This document shows positions 13,020 through 26,070 of a stretch of DNA of 64,000 nucleotides, one piece after another. Under the pieces are notes generated by a model that was not told the origin of the DNA, did not search any database, and worked only from the letters and a program-made list of their open reading frames with translations. Within the stretch, counting starts at the first letter, position 1. Every line of letters starts with the position of its first letter. The translations under genes and the position numbers were made by a program. This DNA is from Octopus sinensis (Eukaryota): contig NC_042998.1 of the NCBI RefSeq assembly GCF_006345805.1, positions 186,001-250,000 of the forward strand, in the 5' to 3' direction.

Positions 13020-13860
13020 AAGCATCTTGAGAGAAAAGTTAGGCATAAGAGGAATCAGATGTGGTGTGCAAGAGAGACGACTGCGCTGGTATGGTCATGT
13101 GATGCATATGGATGAGGACAGCTGTCTAAAGAAGTGCTGATCTCTAACTGTGGTGGGAACCTGTAGACACAGGAAGACATGGGATGTGGTGAAGCATAAT
13201 CTTTGAACTTTTAGCCTCACAGAGGCAATGATTGATGTCTGGGACCTTTGGTGATAAGCTATGCTTGAGAGGACTCATCAAGCCAAGTTCACCCATGCTG
13301 GTGGCACGTAAAGAACATCTTTTGAATGTTGGACCTCACAGAGTCAAAGTGGCTGAGTACCTCTTGAGTGTTGTGCCTGACAGAGGCAAAGTGGCTGAGC
13401 TCCTTTTGAGTGTTGGGCCTCATGGAAGCAAAGTGGTTAAGTTCCTGTCGAGTGCTGAGCCTCACAGAAGCAAGGTAGTTGAGTTCCTTTTGTGTGTTGG
13501 GTTTCACAAAGGTAATGATCAAGACCTTTGGCATTATGTCGTGCTTGAGAAGAGGACCCAACAAGCAGAGCAAAATCGCAGTTGTGGCAGATACCAGCAT
13601 CATGCAAATTGGCACACATACTGGTGTCACATAAATGCAATCCAGTGTCACACAAATGGCACCCATGCCAGTGGCACATATAAGCACCCATTACACTCTC
13701 AGAGTGGTTGGTGTTAGGAAGGGTATTCAACCATAGAAAACCTTGCCAAATCAAATGGGACTCTGGTGCAGCCTTCCGGCATGCCAGCCTAGTCAAACCG
13801 TCCAACTCATGCCAGCATGGACAATGGACATTAAATGATGATGATAATGATGATGAACAA
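13020..13860 (+). mobile_element. RTE LINE 3' portion with internal 42-bp tandem array and (GAT)n tail
   Basis: SILREKLGIRGIRCGVQERRLRWYGHVMHMDEDSCLKKC, then tandem units and the shared tail ...ccaactcatgccagcatggacaatggacattaaatgatgat. Confidence 0.85.
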
Positions 13861-14261
13861 TAAATGAAGTTTAGCATTTCAAAGTTAAAGAGTAACAACA
13901 AAGACAATTACATTGATGGGAGGGAGTCAAATTTATCATAAAATTTATTTTGATGTGAATTTCAAGTTTCGACCGATAACTTATTTAACCAGTTGTGTGT
14001 GTACATATTTGTGAGTGTGAATATACACACATGTGAGTGTGTGTGTGTAGAGAGAGAGAGAACTTTACGTGTAGTTGGGAAGATACCTATTCTCATTCTT
14101 CACTCATCTGTAATTCAGCAAATAATTCAGCATAACAATTAGTGAAATTTCCAACTTGTAGTAAGTCTAATAAAGTTTTATCTTGAGCACTTTCCTTTCC
14201 CCTTCTTTACACAGGCTTGTTGATTTTCTTGACAAAACATAGACACATAGCTATCTATCTA

Positions 14262-14293
<32 letters not shown>

Positions 14294-14302
14294 ACTATGT
14301 AC

Positions 14303-14336
<34 letters not shown>

Positions 14337-14368
14337 CTCTATATCTATCTTTCTACCTATCTATGTAC

Positions 14369-14399
<31 letters not shown>

Positions 14400-16330
14400 C
14401 ATACATGTGTGTATGTGTGTGTGTGTGTTTGTGAGTGGTAGGTTTAGTTGGCCCTCACTTTAAGCATTTGAATTGAAAAGTAATAACTTATTACTTTCCA
14501 ACCTGCTGATGCACAGGGTCGACTGAGAGACTTGCTGAACAAAGCCATGCTTCTGGATAATCTAGTATTCCTGTTTATCCTTCATAGATTAACATAATAT
14601 AAAACACTGCACACTTTCAGTACAAAGTAGTATTGATTACTTTTATGGTGTATGTGTATACATATAACCTGCATGTGTGTGTGTGTGTGAGATGACTGTA
14701 CATTCTTGTCCAATGATGACCACCACTGACTATTAAAAGAATTGGGCTTTCAACAGTGGTTCTTAGTTGTCTTTTGGTAGACCTTGCAAGCAAAGCTGTG
14801 TACATGCAGAAATGTACTGATATATAGCATTATCATTTTAAACCACCACTAGAACTACAAATCCTTCAACATGTATATATTTGTGCATCTGTGTGTCTCT
14901 TTACAAGAATACCAATATCATAAGGGCTATGAGTAATTACACACACACACACATGCATGCATGGGGTCTCACTGTGAAATTAAGGCTGCAGCGACTTATG
15001 TAAACCTACATGTCATTATACAGACAGTTATTTGTCTATTTATATACACAACATATACGCATTCTCAAGTGCATACACACACAAATATATATATGTATGT
15101 ATATATATTCTATTTGGATCAGATATTTTCTGGTTAATGTTTTCCTTGGAGCCTTTACAAAACATATACTGATAAAATTTCACACACACAAACAAATGCA
15201 CTCTTTCTCTCTCTCTACTTCTCCCACACACAGCCTCTGTTCAATAATGAATGATAAATTGATGATAATGATGAAATCTATTGTCTGAAATATGCAATTA
15301 TATTTAATAGAAAAGGGAAGACTATGTTTCATAAAGTGCAACATGTCCTACATTTAAATCTCTTTGATGGTGTGATAGAGTGAGATGATATGGTGTTGGA
15401 ACATATTGATCTGATATGCAGGCAAAGTTGGCTACACAGACAGACAGAAGCAAGTGTTTCTTTCATTCTATGTAGCCAAGTGACAATCATTGACTGAACA
15501 CGTCTCATTTGAACACTGTTCCTTGATAACCAAATATAAAGCTATATAATTTTTTTTCCCACCCATTTAAGTGGGGGATGATTTTAAAGTCCATAGTAAT
15601 TATCTATTTTTACATCTAATTATTTCTGTAGTAAATCAAAAGTGGAAATGGTGGAAAATTAGTAGCAAATTCAAAAACAGTTCCTAACTACCATGTTGGG
15701 TTGGATCCTTTGATGCTTCTTCAATGAGATGGAAATTTCCTGACATTCCTCGAGTCATGTATTAATTTTGTCATGTCACTGAAATTGGCTTCATAATGTG
15801 TTAGATGTTAACATGTTAGGGTGTATGAACACAGCCTTCCATCTCTCTCTTGCTTGAAATTACTATATATTAAGAGTATACTGAAGTTTTAGAAATTCAT
15901 TCTTATTTTATAAACAGAAACATTGCTATTATTATTAACTAACATTATCCTATTTGGGTTTGAAATAGGGAATAGGTGCAGGTGTGGCTGCATGGTAAAA
16001 CATTTGCTTTCTTACCACATAGTTTTGGGTTCAGTCCCACTGCATGGCACTTTGGGCAAGTGTCTTTTACTATAGCCTCGGGCAGACCAAAGCCTTGTGA
16101 GTGGATTTGATAGATGGAAACTGAAAGAAGCATATTTTGTGTGTGTGTGTGTGTGTGTGTTTGCACACACCTGTACATATATATATATATATCTTGTGTG
16201 TTCCCCAGATGATCCATTGTGGTTAAGTATCCAAATGCACTTGGAACATCTAATGCTGAATTCCAGATAACTGCAAACATGAAACATACATAGGAACTAA
16301 TATTTTATACCCCTGTATTTTAATTTTCCA

Positions 16331-16385
<55 letters not shown>

Positions 16386-17589
16386 TGTGTGTGTGTGTGT
16401 GTGTGGTGTGTGTGTGTGTGTGTGTGTTACTGTCTCCTTGCCTGGACATTATGTGACAGTTTTAAGCAAGTGTTTTCAACATGCTAGCAGTGTTCTTCAT
16501 TTCAAATCTTTCATGAAAACATGCTTGGTAATGGGGAAATATGACCTTGCTTAGAAACAGGTGAAGCCTAGTGACAGGAAGAGTATCCAGCCATAGAAAA
16601 TCTACTTCCACAAATTCCATCTGACCAATGCAAGCATGAAAAAGTGGATGTCAAAAAGCAATGAGGATGATGATGATGAATATTTTGAGTGGAGTGATTG
16701 GACCAAGTGGAAAGGACTTAAAAGTAACCAACTTTAATTTTAGATTTGCATATGAAAAATTCCTCAGAATCTATGTAAATTCTACTTAATTATAATTATC
16801 ATTCAAGGAGTAGTTTCTTTTTCTCACAGCATAGATGAATACAGTTCATCATTCCTTGGGTATATGCAATGTTAATGTAAATGCAAACATGTCCACACCA
16901 TTGTACTAATGAAAATACTCCACATAAGTTATATATGCACAGTCTCTTGTATTGCCCTTCATCAGAGTCTGTTATAAGCTGTACAATTCACATGACCATC
17001 GAAAGAACCTAGATTCCTTAGTGTGTAAGTGACTGATATTACAACACTTGCCCTGAATGGGAAGGTAGTATTGTAGGGATAATGTCCCAGCTGTGTAGAC
17101 AGGAGCAATGAGAAATGAAGTGTTTTGCTCAAGAACACAATTCACTGCCTGGTCTGTGAATTGAAACCATAATCATATGATTATGAGTGCGACACCCTAA
17201 CCACTAGGTCATGTGCCTTCATGTAGCATCATTGACTTTATGACTAGTTCCTAAGATTTTTGTTACACAATGCTCTATCTCTTTTTACCAATCCTATTGC
17301 TCTTATTAAATGGAAATTGCTTCAATTTTCAATTCTCACATTTTTAATAATCTCTTTTTTTGAGATCTTTTATATTCAGATAAATTTACTAGAAGCTTTT
17401 TTGTCTTTTAATAGAATCTGCATGACTTATATAGTATCTATCGATCAATGAAACTGGCGTGTCTTAGAGCATGGTTGCAGTGAGAACCAGCCTTAAATTA
17501 ATATAATGTTTGTCTTAGCTTTAATTTTCACAAACTGCACACAATTAGTTACACAATTTTCAGTTTTGATGATGCCAGCCTTTTTTTTA

Positions 17590-18056
17590 TATACTACACT
17601 AGGCTGTTTTCCTCTGCTTTGATGCAGTCCTGGCAACTGATCAAGCCTTTCCTACCCTTTCTTCTAGACAAGTACAACCTATCAGTGTCACTCTTAGGGT
17701 GGAAGCTCTGTGTACTGTCAACATTTTTCTGTTCTTGGTATCCATTTTCTTCATTTCTCTCTTTTGCCATTTTATAATCCCCGCACCATACCGAAGTGAT
17801 GATATCACCCATGTATTAACTGCTTGGAATTTATTCTGGCCAGTCAGTTTTGAACACAGCATCAACCTCAGTTTTTGGAACTACTCCATCCTCAGTTGCT
17901 CTTTCATTTCCGTTTCCATTATCTCATTGGCCTCTAGAACACCAAGGTATTTGTATCCTTCCATTTCAATTTGCTTAATCAAGTCTCTATTTGGTAATTC
18001 TATCTCTGCTAGGGATTGTATCTTGCCCCTTTTTAGGTAGATTATTCCAAACTTCT
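17590..18056 (-). mobile_element. Reverse-transcriptase fragment of an R4/Dong-like non-LTR element (decayed)
   Basis: Minus-strand frames give EGYKYLGVLEAN, KLTGQNKFQAVNTWVISSLRYGAGIIKW and FHPKSDTDRLYLSRRKGRKGLISCQDC, with stops and frameshifts. An (AAT)n tract abuts the 5' side. Confidence 0.85.
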
Positions 18057-18083
18057 TGAGTTATTATTATTCTTATTATTACT

Positions 18084-18300
18084 AAGGCAGTGAGCTAGCA
18101 GAATCATTGGCACACCAGACAAAATACTTGGCATTTCTTCTAACTCTATGTCTTTAGTTCAAATTCTGCTGAGGTTGACTTTATCTTTCATCCTTTTGGG
18201 GGTTAATAAATTAAGTATCAGCTGAACATTCGGGACGGTGTAATTAACTGGTTCCCACCACCCAAAATTCAGGCTTTGTGCCTATAATGGAAAGAATTAT
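18084..18300 (+). mobile_element. SINE family C, about 215 bp, in (AAT)n
   Basis: aaggcagtgagctagcagaatcatt...gttcaaattctgctgaggttgacttt...gaaagaattatt. Further copies at about 22603-22820(-), 37190-37390(+), 45045-45262(-), 46367-46590(+) and 47240-47380(-). Confidence 0.75.
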
Positions 18301-18455
18301 TGTTATTATTATCAAGGCAGATGTGCCTCAAGTCAGCAGGTTGGATGAGTCACAGATATTGTTAAAAGCAATCATGGACGTGAAACCAATGGTAATTCTT
18401 TGATGGGCAATAACCAATGCCTATATATAATATACCTACAAATATATATATATAT

Positions 18456-18760
18456 ATATCACTGTGACCGACCAGGTTATCAGATGTTGCTACACATCAC
18501 TGGTCACAATGCACTTTGCATTGTTTTAGCCTTCAAATGATGCCACTCCGCTGGCTAAGCGAGCAGGCCAACAAAAGAAAGAGTGAGAGAAAGTTGTGGC
18601 AAAAGAGTACAGCAGGGATCACCACCACTCCCTACTCGGGCTGCGTGGAGCTTTAGGTGTTTTCACTCAATAAGCACTCACAACGCCCGGTCTGGGAATC
18701 GAAACCGTGATCCTACAACTGCGAGTCCACTGCCCAGTCCACTGGCCATTGTGCCTCCAC
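18456..18760 (-). mobile_element. tRNA-derived SINE (family E-related)
   Basis: Minus-strand tRNA-like head (gtggaggcacaatggccagtggactgggcagtggactcgcag...ggtttcgattccc). The central part is shared with the 21405 copy. Confidence 0.8.
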
Positions 18761-18788
18761 ACACACACACATATATATATATATATCC

Positions 18789-18857
<69 letters not shown>

Positions 18858-19713
18858 AAGAGAGAGCAAGAGAGAGAGAGAGAGGGAGAGAGAGAGGAAG
18901 TGAGAGGGAGGATATTATACTGAAGTAGCACCAAAGGTGTATATACCAGGAGAGCTGATAATAAATTTATACTGTAATCCTATGTTTTACATATTCTATA
19001 CTGTTTGCAAAGATAAATTAAACATAGTGTATTTAATTTCCTTAACAATGCTCGAGTCAACCCATATGCTATCCTTTCTACTCTATTTCACTCTATTTAT
19101 ATTTGACCAGTTATAGAAGGAAGAGTGTTATGGATGGCACACTGGTACGAGAGCAGCAGACAACAGCTAACTGATAAAGTAGAAAAAAATGTTGAGAAAT
19201 AATAGTGCATGTGGATTAAATGAAAACTTGAAATATTGCTCAAAATATTTCCATAGTTATTATATTAATTGGAGAATGGAAAACTGAGATGCTTGTAATT
19301 AGAGAGAAAGTCGATTCCTTAAACTGAGAAAGCAGAGGAAAGCAGCTTCCATATTTATATTTATCAGTTGTAATAAAAGAGAGGAAGTACTATAGAACGG
19401 GTAAATAGAGAGAAAATTTAAGAGAAAGAAATTTTAGATCATGCAATTAGAAGTTGCCAAAAACATTTCAGGAGTTAATTGTTATTTAGCTTTAGCAGTA
19501 CAAAAGTTGTTTTCTTAAAAAGAAGTCATTTTCTTTGTCGTTTTAGCTTTGGTTCCAAAATAGGTATTGGAAAATCTGCACGGTATTATATGTGTAAGGA
19601 AATACAAATGTAAATACTTCCACAGATACAGACATTCTTCTATAAGTTTCTGATTTCATTCTTATAATCCACAGGCTTATTTCATGGTTAAAAAAAAAAA
19701 AGAATTTATTCAT

Positions 19714-20119
19714 GACGCAGGAATGGTTGTGTGGTAAGTAGTTTGTTTACCAACTGCACTGTTCCGGGTTCAGTCCCACTGTGTGGCACCTTGGGCAAGT
19801 GTCTTCTACTATAGCCTCGGGCCGACCAAAGCCTTGTGAGTGGATTTGGTAGACAGAAACTGAAAAGAAGTCCGTCGTATATATGTATTTATATATATAT
19901 ATGCGCGTGTGTGTTTGTCCCCCTAGCATTACTTGACAGCCAATGCTGGTGTGTTTATGTCCCCGTTACTGAGCAGTTCGGCAAAAGAGACCGATAGAAT
20001 AAGTACTGGGCTTACAAAATGAATAAGTCCCATGGTCGAGTTGCTTGATTAAAGGCGGTGCTCCAGCATGGCCGCAGTCAAATGACTGAAACAAGTAAAA
20101 GAGTAAAGAGTAAAGAGAG
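19714..20119 (+). mobile_element. SINE family A
   Basis: Full head-to-tail copy ending in (aaagagt)n. Confidence 0.88.
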
Positions 20120-20146
20120 TATGACATGTACTCTTTATAATGTCTT

Positions 20147-20320
20147 GCAAATCAACCCCAGGACTTATTCTTTGTATGCCTAGGACTTATTCTATTGGTC
20201 TCTTTTGCTGAACCGCTAAGTTACGGGGACGAAAACACACCAGCATCGGTTGTTAAGCAATGTTGCAGTGACAAACACAGACACGCAAACATATACACAC
20301 ACACATACATACATACATAC

Positions 20321-20389
<69 letters not shown>

Positions 20390-20560
20390 ATATATACGAC
20401 AGGCTTCTTTCAGTTTCCGTCTACCAAATCCACTCGCAAGGTTTTGGTCAGCCTGAGGCTATAGTAGAGAACACTTGCTCAAGGTGCCATGCAGTGGGAC
20501 TGAACCTGGAACCATGTGGTTGGTAAGCAAGCTACGTACCACACAGCCACTCCTATGCCT
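20147..20560 (-). mobile_element. SINE family A (tail-truncated), tail-to-tail with the 19714 copy
   Basis: Inverted copy about 28 bp from the previous one. Confidence 0.85.
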
Positions 20561-20653
20561 ATATATTGAGAAAGAACTACATCTTACTAAACCTAGTCTA
20601 ACTGTCATCGAATTGGAAGAAATAAAAATGAGTTGAAATATTGCTGTAATGTA

Positions 20654-20877
20654 ACTGGGGTCTATATAATGTTTTGTCCTTAAAATTGATGCACAATAAA
20701 TTGGTTATACTTCTGAAATACACAAAATATTTTAATTTTTTTACACAATTCCTATTAAAATTTAATTATAAATATACAATAGGGTTTCTTTTAAACATTG
20801 AATGGCTATGAGGGTCATCCTGAGTAAAATAGGAATCAAAGGGGGTCCATAGGTAAAAAATGATTGTGAACCAGTGG
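20654..20877. mobile_element. Possible 3' half of a hAT/Charlie-type MITE
   Basis: Ends ggggtccataggtaaaaaatgattgtgaaccagtg, resembling a GGTTGAGAACCACTG terminus. The matching left end was not found. Confidence 0.4.
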
Positions 20878-21404
20878 TCTGATGCTCTAATGATTTTGTC
20901 AATTGGCTGCCTCCTGTATCCTTCTTGTTTTAAACAGTAGCATATGATTTGGAGGGTATTTGGCTGTCATTTCAAGCAGATCAAACTACTAAGAAGAAGC
21001 TACTGTTGCTTACAACAGTAACCAATATAATTTTTTAACTGGTTTCACACTGAATGATGGCCATGCCAGGGTACCATCCAGTAGGGTAGAGTGAATTATT
21101 TCAGCATCAATATTGTTATTGTTTGCAGAATGATGAAAGCAGACCTGGATGGGATTTGAACTCAAAATGTAAAGAGATGGAATCAAATACTGGAAAAAAT
21201 TTTGTCTGATGTTTTACTAGTTCTACTATTTGCCCACTATTTATCTCTGATACCTACTTTTTACTAGGAGACTTGGTGGATGAACTTATGATAGTTAAGT
21301 ATATTATTGATGGAGATAGTATAGTACCAGTGATGAATACAAACCATCAACATGAAGCAACAAAGAAGCATCCATCTGTCAGAAGTTCCCACACTGAGGG
21401 TCAG

Positions 21405-21706
21405 TGGAGACACATGGCCTAGTGGTTAGAGCAGTGGACTCACGGTCCAGGGATCATGGGTTCAAATCTCAGACTGGGCGATGTGTGTGTTTATGAATGA
21501 AACACCTAAGCTCCATGCAGCCCCGGCAGAAGGTATTAGCGAACTTCTGCTGAGTCTTTTGCCACAACTTTCTCTCATTCTTTCCTCCTGCATCTTGCAG
21601 CTCACCTGCGATGGACTGGCATCCTGTCCAGGTGGGGAACCTATATGCCAAGGAAACTGGGAAACCGGCCCTTATGAGCCAGGTATGGCTCGAGAAGGAA
21701 CAAACA
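21405..21706 (+). mobile_element. tRNA-derived SINE family E with a 14-bp target-site duplication
   Basis: Head ggagacacatggcctagtggttagagc...gggttcaaatctc. The exact TSD acactgagggtcag lies at 21391-21404 and 21707-21720. Confidence 0.9.
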
Positions 21707-22924
21707 ACACTGAGGGTCAGAAAACTTGTTGGGGAGAGGACCACAAAGAGGTTGGTGAGCAGAGTTACAACTTGTGGAATAGTCAGACCATTCAAAAGAC
21801 TGAGACCTCTTGGGAAAATACATCTAAATAAAAGAGGCTCTTGACAGTGAAAGAATTACAAGCAACTGTTCTATTCAGTTGCAGAGCTGGCAAGAAATAC
21901 CTGTGTAACTCCCTCAAACCACTCTGTACCATAAGGAAAAGGAAGGACACATTAGGTAATGTAGTCTAAGCAAAAAATGGGATGGTCATAGCTGGAATAC
22001 TGCTGATAGGTGTCTCTTCAATCAGAATTGACTTGAAGTTTAAAACAACAAGAAACCCATAAAATTTTCTTCCACAGTTTTCCACTTTATCAACCTGATG
22101 AATCAACTGACTATGATACTATGCTGTATTTAGATACTGAAGCGACTGTTATCCCAGAGTAGCTCTGATCATGTCAACCAGTCATGTTGCAGCCATGAAC
22201 GTCTTATCAGTTAATATATCTATATTAGGTATAGGCATGGCTCTTTTGTTAAAAAGGACATCAAAATGATGATGATGATGGTGATATTGCTCAATGTTTC
22301 CTTCTTTTGTTGTTGTTGTTCAGACTAAGTCAGCTTTGATTCCATCGACAATTTCTATTTTCATGGAGGTTAGGGTTAGGGTTCATTATCCTATGTGTCC
22401 TCTCTGTTTTCAAGATAGTGGGATTTGAGTTGAAACAAATTTAGCATCTATTTCTAGTAGGTCATGAAACCCTGTTGAGGCACTTTCATTGGCTCATTCT
22501 TCTGTTTATAAGATGGCAGGGCACAATTTGAGGGTGATTTTGGTTCGTATTTCTAGCAGGCCATGTGATTTTAAAGAACCTCTCTCATATGCATGTAGAT
22601 ATTGATTTAAAATTTTAGCACAAGGCCAGTAAATTCACAGGAGAGGCTAAGTCGATTACATCAACTCAAGTGTTCATTTAGTACTCATTTATTGACCCCT
22701 GAAAGGATGAAAGGCAAAGTCAACCTTGGCAGAATTTGAACTCAGAATGTAAAGATGGATGAAATGCTGTTAAGCATTTCACCCATTGTGTTAACAACTT
22801 TGCCAGCTCACTGCCTTATGTATGTAAATATTAGTATTACTTATGTGATGCATAAAATTACTAATGGACTATTTGTAAGATAAATATATTATCTATTTAT
22901 AATTTATGACACCTAAAAAGTACC

Positions 22925-23165
22925 AACTGATCGTGGCCATTTGCCAGCCTCCTCTGGCCCCTGTGCCGGGGGCACGTAAAAAGCATCCACTACACTCACG
23001 GAGTGGTTGATGGTTGGAAGGGCATCCAGCTGTAGAAACACTACCAGTTCAGACTGGAGCCTGGCGCAACCTCCTGGCTTCCCAGACCCCGGTTGAACCG
23101 TCCAACCCATGCTAGCATGGAAAACGGACGTTAAACAATGATGATGATGATGATGATGATGATAT
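22925..23165 (+). mobile_element. RTE-type 3' tail (single unit)
   Basis: One tandem unit, then ...ccaacccatgctagcatggaaaacggacgttaaacaatgatgatgat. Confidence 0.8.
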
Positions 23166-24120
23166 TGTTGATATCATAACAATTTATATATTTTCGAGAG
23201 GATGTTGAATAATTTTATTTTTGTACTTGGATATCAAAGTTCATATATAAAGATAGCATATAACTATTGAGTTGAAAAATCCTTTTGGACATGAAAAAGC
23301 TGAAGGCCTTCAATATTTTCTATCGAAAAGGGTTTTCGACCCAATATGTACATGCTATTGTTTATAGCTTCATGAATGTACTTTGAAAACTAATTAAAAA
23401 AAAAAAAATTTGTTATATCAATTTTCCCAAGCTGGCTTGTTTGATTTTTTTTTGAAATACTGACATTTATGTATCATAGGAATAACCATTCTGTTTCTTT
23501 TTTTATTAATATTATTGTGCTTCTATATTTCTTTTAATAGTAGACACTTATCTTTCCCATCATAAAATATTCACCATTGAAAGCACTAATTTTTATTGAA
23601 GCTGACAGACGCCAACAAGTTAAGTAACATAACTTGCCTAGGGAAATTATAGAATGGTTATTGGAACAAATATGAAGGTATGTGGCTTAGTGGTTAGAGC
23701 ATTCAGCTCATGATTGTAAGGTTGGGAGTTCAATAACCAGCGATGCATTGTATCCTTGTGCAAGACACTTTATTTCATGCTACTCCAGTCCACTCAACTG
23801 GCAAAAGTGAGTAGTACCTTTATTTCAAAGGGCCAACCTTGTTACACCCTGTGTTATGCTGAATCTCCATGAGAACAATGTTAAAGGTACATGTGTTTGT
23901 GGAGCACTCAACCACATGTACATTAATTTCATTAATTTCATGAGCAGTCTGTTCCGTTGATCAGATCAGCTGCAACCCTTGTTGTAATGGACAGAGTGCC
24001 AGTTATGGAACAAATAAATGAAGGAGTTTCTATATAATTGGAATCACTGTACAATATAATGATTAAATTACTCTCAACCAACTAAAAACTGTTGCTAAGC
24101 AAAATACCAATGTTTTAAAA

Positions 24121-24348
24121 TAGAACCCTTTGACATTCAAACTGGCCATGTCTAGCTGATATATTCTCCGTTTTTATGTTTAAATTGGCCAGATCTGGCT
24201 TCTCACACCTGCCCTATAATGTTGTTCTAAAAATAAACAGTCACATCATCAAGATCTTGAAGCTATGAGAAAATGAATGATTAATTCAAAATAATGTGAA
24301 TAAATAAGCATTGTATTTGAGAGACTGATCTGAATGCTAAAGAGCTAA
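24121..24348. mobile_element. piggyBac-type MITE, second family (diverged)
   Basis: aaccctttgacattcaaactggcc ... ctgaatgctaaagagctaa, collinear with the 39.3 kb copy. Confidence 0.6.
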
Positions 24349-25202
24349 ACATTAGAAGACAGTCTTCCCATTGCTATATTGAGTCTTTTGCCAAACTGAG
24401 TTGATTGAGTGCAGCTGTTTGGACAGAGACGTTTCGGCATGGCTGAATGGATATTCAACCAGTTTTGGTGACAGTGTGTTGTAGCACTGGTGGCAAACAC
24501 ACTCACATCACAAATAAATAAAGAGAATAAGAATGAAAGAGAGGCATTACACATACATGCGAATGTAACTGGGTGCTCACACACTTAAAGAGAGGGAGAG
24601 AGACAGAGAGGAAGAGGAAGAGTGGAAGAGGAAGAGTAAGAGAGAGTAAGGTTAAAATATCTGATATGCAAAAAAATCAACGTCGGATCAGCAACACCAA
24701 CTAGATGGTGGCAAAACATTTCATTTGCATTTCTTGTTTCTAGTAATGTAAAATGCCAGGCATGAAATTCATGGAGTTTGAACAGGCTGAAATTTTAGCT
24801 TCAAATGAATGTATTGAGTTAGTTTTTTATCTTTCTCATTTGTATATTTATGTGTGTGTATGAATGTGAGTATGTGTGCTGTGTGTATGTTGGTGGATGA
24901 ATGGAAGTGTGTATCTACAAGGATGTATATAAATATATATATATATATAAAGACATGCAAATTGATTTCATTGCATGTTTCAATGGAGTAAAATATTGGA
25001 GATGGCTAGTCATCAAGTGTTAATAAATATTAGTAACATTGTAAAAAGTTTATATCAAATGTAATGTTAGAAATAGTAGAGACATAACAGAGAAGAAAAA
25101 TCAGCAACATAGCAATAGATTCTAAACATAAAAATGATTTAGTGATATATATATACATATATATATCCACACACATGCACACCTATACACATACATATAT
25201 AT

Positions 25203-25535
25203 AATCAAAATAAGCAACAGGATATCAAGAAGTGATGCAGTACAACTGTTCCAAGCAGTTCCATTTAATTGAACAATGCAATCATTACATCAATTTAAAT
25301 ACAGAGGCATCTCCAGCTGCACAAATAAATAAATGGAATTATAACAAGTAGGACATATTATCTGATAAAAATTATATTAAAGTGTCCCACTTGTTAGAAT
25401 TCCATTTATTTATTTGTGCATCTGAAGATGGCACTGCATTTGAATTGATGTAATGATTACATTGTTCAATTGAATGGAGCCACTTGAAACGGTCGTACTG
25501 CATCACCACTTGATATCCTGATGCTTATTTTGATT
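25203..25535. repeat. Inverted repeat element (arms about 153 bp)
   Basis: 25203-25355 pairs with 25383-25535. Confidence 0.9.
25416..25503 (+). ncRNA. Hammerhead-like motif with a long stem II insert
   Basis: GTGCAT-CTGAAGA-TGGC...GCCA-CTT-GAAA-C-GGTC-GTA-CTGCAT. The left-arm mirror restores GTGCAG for stem I. Confidence 0.45.
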
Positions 25536-25592
25536 TTATTCACCTTATTCAAGGTGTGCAGATAATATCAGACTGACATGGTGCTTCAACTT

Positions 25593-26070
25593 GGGATGAT
25601 TGGTCAAAACATTGATGACGTCTCGTTCCGCTGGACTAGCCACCTAACAGGATACAGTCATGGGTCAGATCTAATACAGCTATAGGTCAGACCCGATTCT
25701 GATTGGTCAAAACATTGATGACGTCTCGTTCTGCTGGACTAGCCACCTAACGGGATGATTGGTCAAAACATTGATGACGTCCCGTTCTGCTGGACTAGCC
25801 ACCTAACGAGATGATCGGTCAAAACATTGATGTCTCGTTCCGCTGGACTAGCCACCTAACAGGATACAGTCATGGATCAGATCTAATTTCAATCCGTCAA
25901 AAACAAGGATGACGTATTTCTTCTGTGACCAAACTGTCGTTCTGCTTGGTTGGTTTCCTAACAGGATATATTCGTTGAGACTGAGTTTTGATTGGTTGGG
26001 AACTATATGACGTCAGTGAAAAATGCAAGTGAGACAGCTAAGCTGAGCTGATATAAACCCAAACAATTCA
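25593..26070 (+). promoter_or_regulatory. Tandem array of CCAAT(ATTGG)+CRE(TGACGTC) modules followed by a TATA-like box
   Basis: Four near-identical 51-56 bp units (25593-25648, 25701-25751, 25752-25807, 25808-25860) plus two diverged units. A final ATTGG..TGACGTCA lies at about 25990-26016 and GATATAAA at about 26050. CpGs are retained. Confidence 0.45.

Noticed and set aside
13232-13717. 161-aa ORF with 14-aa repeats as a novel protein
   Set aside because: It is an alternative-frame reading of an RTE 3' end plus its 42-bp array. The array is reported as a repeat finding instead.
21405-21480. tRNA gene-like sequences at SINE heads
   Set aside because: A/B boxes are present but run directly into SINE bodies. 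There is no complete cloverleaf or terminator, and this copy has a TSD.
22369-22382. TTAGGG telomeric-like units
   Set aside because: Only two units, within a diverged interspersed repeat, which is expected by chance.
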